Shown piece by piece: positions 56,930-64,000 of a DNA stretch of 64,000 nt. Position 1 is the stretch's first letter. Each line of letters begins with the position of its first letter. Made by a program: the position numbers and the translations under genes. Below the pieces are notes generated by a model. The model was not told where the DNA came from. It saw only the letters and a program-made list of their open reading frames with translations, and did not search any database. Source of the DNA: Eledone cirrhosa (taxonomy: Eukaryota); the NCBI GenBank assembly GCA_964016885.1, contig OZ024757.1, positions 41,478,001-41,542,000 on the forward strand. Reading direction: 5' to 3'.

Positions 56930-57775
56930 ACTGCCTCTCCCTCTCTCTAGTCCCTCTCCCTCTCTCTAGTCCCTCTCCCTCTCCCTCACCCCTCTCCCTC
57001 TCCCTCACTCTAGTCCCTCTCCCACTCTACTGCCTCTCTATCTCACTCTTGTCCCTTTCCCTCTCTCACTCTACTGCCTCTCTCCTCTCTCACTCTCCTC
57101 CCTCTTTCCTCTCACTCTCCTCCCTCTTTCCTCTCACTCTCCTCCCTCTTTCCTCTCTCTCTCCTCCCTCTTTCCTCTCTCTCTCCTCCCTCTTTCCTCT
57201 CTCTCTCCTCCCTCTTTCCTCTCTCTCTCCTCCCTCTTTCCTCTCTCTCTCCTCCCTCTTTCCTCTCTCTCCTCCCTCTTTCCTCTCTCTCTTTTCTCCT
57301 CTCTCTCCCTCTCTCTTCTCTCCTCTCTTTCACTTCTCTTTCACTTCTCTTCTCTCTTTCACTTCTCTCCTCTCTTTCACTTCTCTCCTCTCTTTCACTT
57401 CTCTCCTCTCTTTCACTTCTCTCCTCTCTTTCACTTCTCTCCTCTCTTTCACTTCTCTCCCTCCTCTCTCTCTCTCTTCTCTCTCTCCTCTCTCTCTCTT
57501 CTCTCCTCTCTTCTCTTCTCTCCCTCCCTCACTCTCTCCCTCCCTCCCTCCCTCTACCTCCCATCCTCCCCCTCCCTTCCTCCCTCCCCTCCCTCCCTCC
57601 CCTCCCTCCCCCTCCCTCCCTCCCCTCCCTCCCTCCCCTCCCTCCCCTCCCTCCCTCCCTCCCTCACTTTCCCTCTCTCACTCTCTCTCCCTCTCTCTCC
57701 CTCCCTCACTCTCTCTCACCTCTCTCTCTCTCTCTCTCACTCTCTCTCACCTCTCTCTCTCTCTCTCCTCTTCTG
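56930..57775. repeat. Long polypyrimidine (CT) tract with internal tandem units
   Basis: Direct observation; includes an 18-bp TTCACTTCTCTCCTCTCT array. Confidence 0.9.
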
Positions 57776-58138
57776 TCACATTACATGTGTGAAGAAGAAG
57801 AAATGAATGAAAATAAAATAAATACAAAATAAATAAATAAATAAACAATAATAATAATAATAAAAACAAAAATAAAAATACTAATAATAATAAAGATATC
57901 AAAATAAAGCAATGAAAGAAAGATGTGAGGAAGGAAATGAGGAAAGAATGAGAGCCAAGCAATGTTTAGAGAAGAGAATTGAAGGAGCTGAACAAAGTAG
58001 AAAAAATATATATAAAAAGGTTAACGGCAGAAAAAACATACATACATCCATACATATATATATATATATATGTATGTATATGTATGTATGTATATGTATA
58101 TATATATGTATGTATATGTGTATATATATGTGTGTATG

Positions 58139-58171
<33 letters not shown>

Positions 58172-58304
58172 ATGTATGATGTATATATATATATATGTGT
58201 ATATATATAAAAATATATATATATATACATGTATATATATATATATACATACACACACACACACACATATACATATATATATACATACACATATAAACAC
58301 CTAA

Positions 58305-58355
<51 letters not shown>

Positions 58356-59024
58356 CATACATACACATACTCACATATATATATATACACATATATATAT
58401 ACACATATACATATATATGTTACATACCTATACACACATATAAACCCCTAAATATACATATATATATATGTATATACCCACACATACCTACATATACACA
58501 TATACACATACACATGTATACATACGTACGTACACACATACATCTATACATCTATACATACATACTTACATACATGCCTACATATATACACGCACATAGA
58601 TACACACATAGCTACACATATATACGCCCCTGTATACACACATAAATAACTCTTGTACAGTGCATCCACCAGACTTTTCTATGTTTTCAAGCTAGCAAAA
58701 TACTGCAAAACAAATGAAGGGAGAAAAAAAATGGTGGAAGGGTGGGGTAGGGGGTGCGGCAGAATAATAACAACAATAGTAGTAATAATAACAATAATAA
58801 TATAAAGTGAAAAAGACAAACACTTGTTCGATAAAAATGTTCAAGAGAAATAGAAGAGAGAAGATACACATATATATATATGTGTGTGTGTGTGAGTGTG
58901 TATAAGCATACTTATATACATATATACTGCATATGTACATAATATATATATTATATATATATATAAATATATATATATATAGCTATACACACACACACAT
59001 ATATATATATATATAGAGAGCTAT

Positions 59025-59070
<46 letters not shown>

Positions 59071-59074
59071 CTAT

Positions 59075-59111
<37 letters not shown>

Positions 59112-59116
59112 GCTAT

Positions 59117-59216
<100 letters not shown>

Positions 59217-59489
59217 ATACACACACACACATATATATATATATGTATACACCTATATACACACACACCTATACACACATGTATCTATAATGCAGAAGCA
59301 CTTTATTTGGATGAAAACTTTTTGATTTCTAAGTGTAGATTATATGTAAGATGTTGAAGTAGAAGTGGCAATGTTGCCTTGGTGTGAGTTGTATGGGGAA
59401 GGGGACCTTTCAACTTGGTTTATGATGACTGGTAAATATATATTTGTATGGACATAGGCTGGACCCTTGCTTGTTAAATATATGTGAGT

Positions 59490-59854
59490 ATAGACTTAGC
59501 ATGCTCCGTTGGATGTGCAATGTCAATGTGCATAAACGACCGAGCATAGAAGAGTTGAGAGAGAGGGATAAGCTGTAGTGTGTGGGAGAGAAGACTGAGA
59601 TGGTATGGACATGTGATGTGCACGGGGGATGACCGCTGGGTAAAGAAGTGCCAAGAAATCCCAGTGGAAGGAAGACACAGTAGAGGAAGACCATGAAAGA
59701 CTAGGGCGGAGGTGGTGAGAGCTGACCTCAGATCACTGAAGGTCACAGAGGAGATGACAAAGGACCATGACGAATGGAGAGATGTTGTGCTGAAGAGGAC
59801 CCGTTCCAACCTTGCAAGCAGGGAAAAGCTGACGTATGATGATGATGATGATGA
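59490..59854 (+). mobile_element. RTE-B LINE 3' end, frameshifted
   Basis: SMLRWMCNV...; nucleotide match to 40921-41131; (GAT)n tail. Confidence 0.88.
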
Positions 59855-60000
59855 TAGCCATGGCCCTCACTGATTAAATATGTTAGAATGGACATAGTTT
59901 AACCTATGCCAGCATCGAAAATGGATGTTAAATGAAGATGATGATGATGATAGCCATGGCTCTCACTGATTAAAGATATGTTAGCATAGACATAGCTATA

Positions 60001-61413
60001 ACTCCTGGGTTAAATATATATTAGACTGGGCACAGCTGTGACTCCCAGATTAAATATATATTAGACTGGGCACAGCTGTGACTCCTGGGTTAAATATATA
60101 TTAGACTGGGCACAGCTGTGACTCCTGGGTTAAATATATATTAGACTGGGCACAGCTGTGACTCCCAGATTAAATATATATTAGACTGGGCACAGCTGTG
60201 ACTCCTGGGTTAAATATATATTAGACTGGGCACAGCTGTGACTCCTGGGTTAAATATATATTAGACTGGGCACAGCTGTGACTCCTGGGTTAAATATATA
60301 TTAGACTGGGCACAGCTGTGACTCCTGGGTTAAATATATATTAGACTGGGCACAGCTGTGACTCCCAGATTAAATATATATTAGACTGGGCACAGCTGTG
60401 ACTCCTGGGTTAAATATATATTAGACTGGGCACAGCTGTGACTCCTGGGTTAAATATATATTAGACTGGACATAGCTATGACTCCCAGATTAAATATATA
60501 TTAGACTGGACATAGCTATGACTCCCAGATTAAATATATATTAGACTGGACATAGCTATGACTCTCAGATTAAATATATATTAGACTGGACATAGCTATG
60601 ACTCCCAGATTAAATATATATTAGACTGGACATAGCTATGACTCCCAGATTAAATATATATTAGACTGGACATAGCTATGACTCCCAGATTAAATATATA
60701 ATACACTGGACATAGCTATGACTCTCAGATTAAATATATATTAGACTGGACATAGCTATGACTCTCAGATTAAATATATAATACACTGGACATAGCTATG
60801 ACTCCCAGATTAAATATATATTAGACTGGACATAGCTATGACTCCCAGATTAAATATATATTACACTGGACATAGCTATGACTCCCAGATTAAATATATA
60901 TTACACTGGACATAGCTATGACTCCCAGATTAAATATATATTACACTGGACATAGCTATGACTCCCAGATTAAATATATATTACACTGGACATAGCTATG
61001 ACTCCCAGATTAAATATATATTACACTGGACATAGCTATGACTCCCAGATTAAATATATATTACACTGGACATAGCTATGACTCCCAGATTAAATATATA
61101 TTAGGCTGGACATAGCTATGTCTCCCAGATTAAATATATATTAGACTGGACATAGCTATGACTCCCAGATTAAATATATATTAGCCTGGACATAGTTATG
61201 ACTCCCAGATTAAATATATATTAGCCTGGACATAGCTATGACTCTCAGATTAAATATATATTATACTGGACATAGCTATGACTCCCAGATTAAATATATA
61301 TTACACTGGACATAGCTATGACTCCCAGATTAAATATATATTACACTGGACATAGCTATGACTCTCAGATTAAATATATATTAGACTGGACATAGCTATG
61401 ACTCCCTGATTAA
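60001..61413. repeat. 40-bp minisatellite, 35 units, two sub-arrays
   Basis: ACTCC(CAGA/TGGG)TTAAATATATATTAGACTGG(G/A)CA(C/T)AGCT(G/A)TG. Confidence 0.98.
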
Positions 61414-61749
61414 GGGATTTCATCCTCAACCCAGTCTTGGTCCCAATGCATGGTATTTTGGACATTTAGTGTCTTCCTTCTTCATTTACCATTGCCTCTG
61501 GTTAACCAGTGAGCCACCTCACTATCCTGTACATACAACCTTAACCAGTGAGCCACCTCTCATCTTTATCAGTCACCTCACTATCCTGTACCATACAACC
61601 TTAACCAGTGAGCCACCTCTCACCTTTACGTGTCTGTCAGTAGCCTGACATATTTATATCTCAGGTAAGGAAGTCTCGCAACTCTTTATATCAATGGAGG
61701 TAGACATCTTACTAAATAATAAATAGACATAATGTTACATTTCATGTAA

Positions 61750-63085
61750 TCGTCACCACCACCATCTTCACTATCACCACCATCACCACCATCATCACTA
61801 TCACCACCATCACCACCACCATCAGCATCACCACCATCATCACCACCACCATCATCACTATCATCACTATCACCACCATCACCACCACCATCAGCATCAC
61901 CACCACCATCAGCATCACCCCCATCACCATCACCACCATCACCACCACCACCATCACCACCATCACCACCATCACCACCATCACCACCATCACCATCATC
62001 ACCACCACCACCATCACCACCACCATCACCATCAGCATCACCACCACCATCACTATCACCATCACCACCATCACCACCATCACTATCACCATCATCATTA
62101 TCATCACCATCCTCACCACCACCACCACCATCATCATTGTGCGTAAAGTAGAAACAATTACTATGATTACTATTATTATTGCTTCTTCACTCAGCCTCTA
62201 ACCTTATTTGTATTACTATTATTATTGTTGTTGTTGTTGTTGTCGTTGCTGTTGTAGTTGTAATCATTGTTGTAGTAGTAGTTGTAGTAGTAGTTGTTGT
62301 AGTAGTTGTAGTAATAGTAGTTGTAGTAGTAGTAGTTGTAGTAATAGTAGTTGTAGTAGTTGTAGTGGTAGTAGTAGTAGTTGTAGTATATACCCTGTGT
62401 ACAAATGTTTTATATAAACTGTGTAAGTTCAGCGGAGTTGTCTAATGAGGAAAAAATATCTAAATAGAAAAGAGTTGATACAAAAACATGTCAGTGATTC
62501 ACTTTGGTAGGAATAACAGACAACAACAACAACAGCAACAGCAACAACAACAGCAATAACAACAACAGCAGTAACAACAACAATAACAACAGCAACAACT
62601 ACAACAGCAATAACAACAACAACAATAACAACAGCAACAGCAGCAACAACAGCAACAACAGCAACAGCAATAACAACAGCAATAACAATAACAACAACAG
62701 CAATAACAACAACAGCAATAACAACAACAGCAATAACTACAACAGCAATAACAGCAACAACAGCAACAGCAACAATAACAACAGCAATAACTACAACAGC
62801 AATAACAACAACAGCAATAACAACAACAGCAATAACAACAACAGCAATAACAACAACAGCAATAACAACAACAGCAATAACTACAACAGCAATAACTACA
62901 ACAGCAACAACTGCAACAACAGCAACAACAACAGCAACAGCAACAGCAATAACAACAACAACAACAGCAATAACTACAACAGCAATAACAGCAACAACAG
63001 CAACAACTACAACAGCAATAACAGCAACAACAGCAACAACTACAACAACAGCAATAACAGCAATAACAACAGCAACAACGAGAAC
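61750..63085. repeat. Trinucleotide tracts (CAC/CAT), (GTT/GTA), (CAA/CAG/TAA)
   Basis: Direct observation. Confidence 0.92.
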
Positions 63086-63183
63086 AACATGAACTATATG
63101 AAAAGAAATGCAAAGAAACTAATGAGAACTAGTACAGTCACAGTCAAAGTCAACCACTCTCTCACTGTGCTCATATATATATA

Positions 63184-63236
<53 letters not shown>

Positions 63237-63509
63237 GTATGTATATATATATATATGTATGTATATATATATATGTGTATATATATATATATGTGTATAT
63301 ATATATATATGTGTATATATATGTGTGTATATATATGTGTGTGTATATATATATATGTATATATATATATGTATATATACATATGTATATATATGTGTAT
63401 ATATATATGTGTGTGTGTATATATGGTCTAAAGCCCGACATGTCAAACTTTCTTTCCCCTTTTCCATATAAAGCGTGAAACTAATAAGACTTTTTTATCT
63501 CTGTTTTTT

Positions 63510-63585
<76 letters not shown>

Positions 63586-64000
63586 TATATATATATATAT
63601 ATACACATATATATACATATATATACACATATATATATATACATATATATACACACATATATATACATATATATATACACACATATATATACATATATAT
63701 ATACACACATATATATACATATATATATACACACATATATATACATATATATATATACACACATATATATATATATATACGTATATATATATATATACAC
63801 ACATATATATATACATATATACACATATACACATATATACACATATACACATATACACATGTATATACACACATATATATATATATACACATACACATAT
63901 ATATATATACATATACATATATATTTATATACATATATACATACACATATATATACACACACATATATACACACACATATATATACACACACATATATAC

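Noticed and set aside
60001-61413. CRISPR-like appearance of the palindromic 40-bp repeats (also 35668-36171)
   Set aside because: Units are head-to-tail with no unique spacers, no cas genes are present, and the context is eukaryotic

Overview
Eukaryotic, extremely AT- and microsatellite-rich DNA. The repeat landscape (tRNA-headed SINEs, RTE/CR1 LINE 3' ends, Penelope-like remnants, huge (TA)n/(CA)n/(GAT)n tracts) resembles an octopod cephalopod genome; this is inference, not a database result. Almost all ORFs in the track are low-complexity artefacts. Supported content: many SINE copies, truncated RTE and CR1-like LINE ends, an internally deleted Tc1/mariner element, several MITEs, many minisatellites, a 200-N scaffold gap (8109-8308), and a few candidate exons (5460-5567 and 15966-16117 join in phase). 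The most notable signals are six minimal type-I hammerhead ribozyme motifs in two repeat families (two of them in a ~1.4 kb inverted pair), a perfect 22-bp pre-miRNA-like hairpin at 44812-44870, several foldback inverted duplications next to (TA)n, and a 40-bp minisatellite whose internal palindrome changes symmetrically between two sub-arrays.
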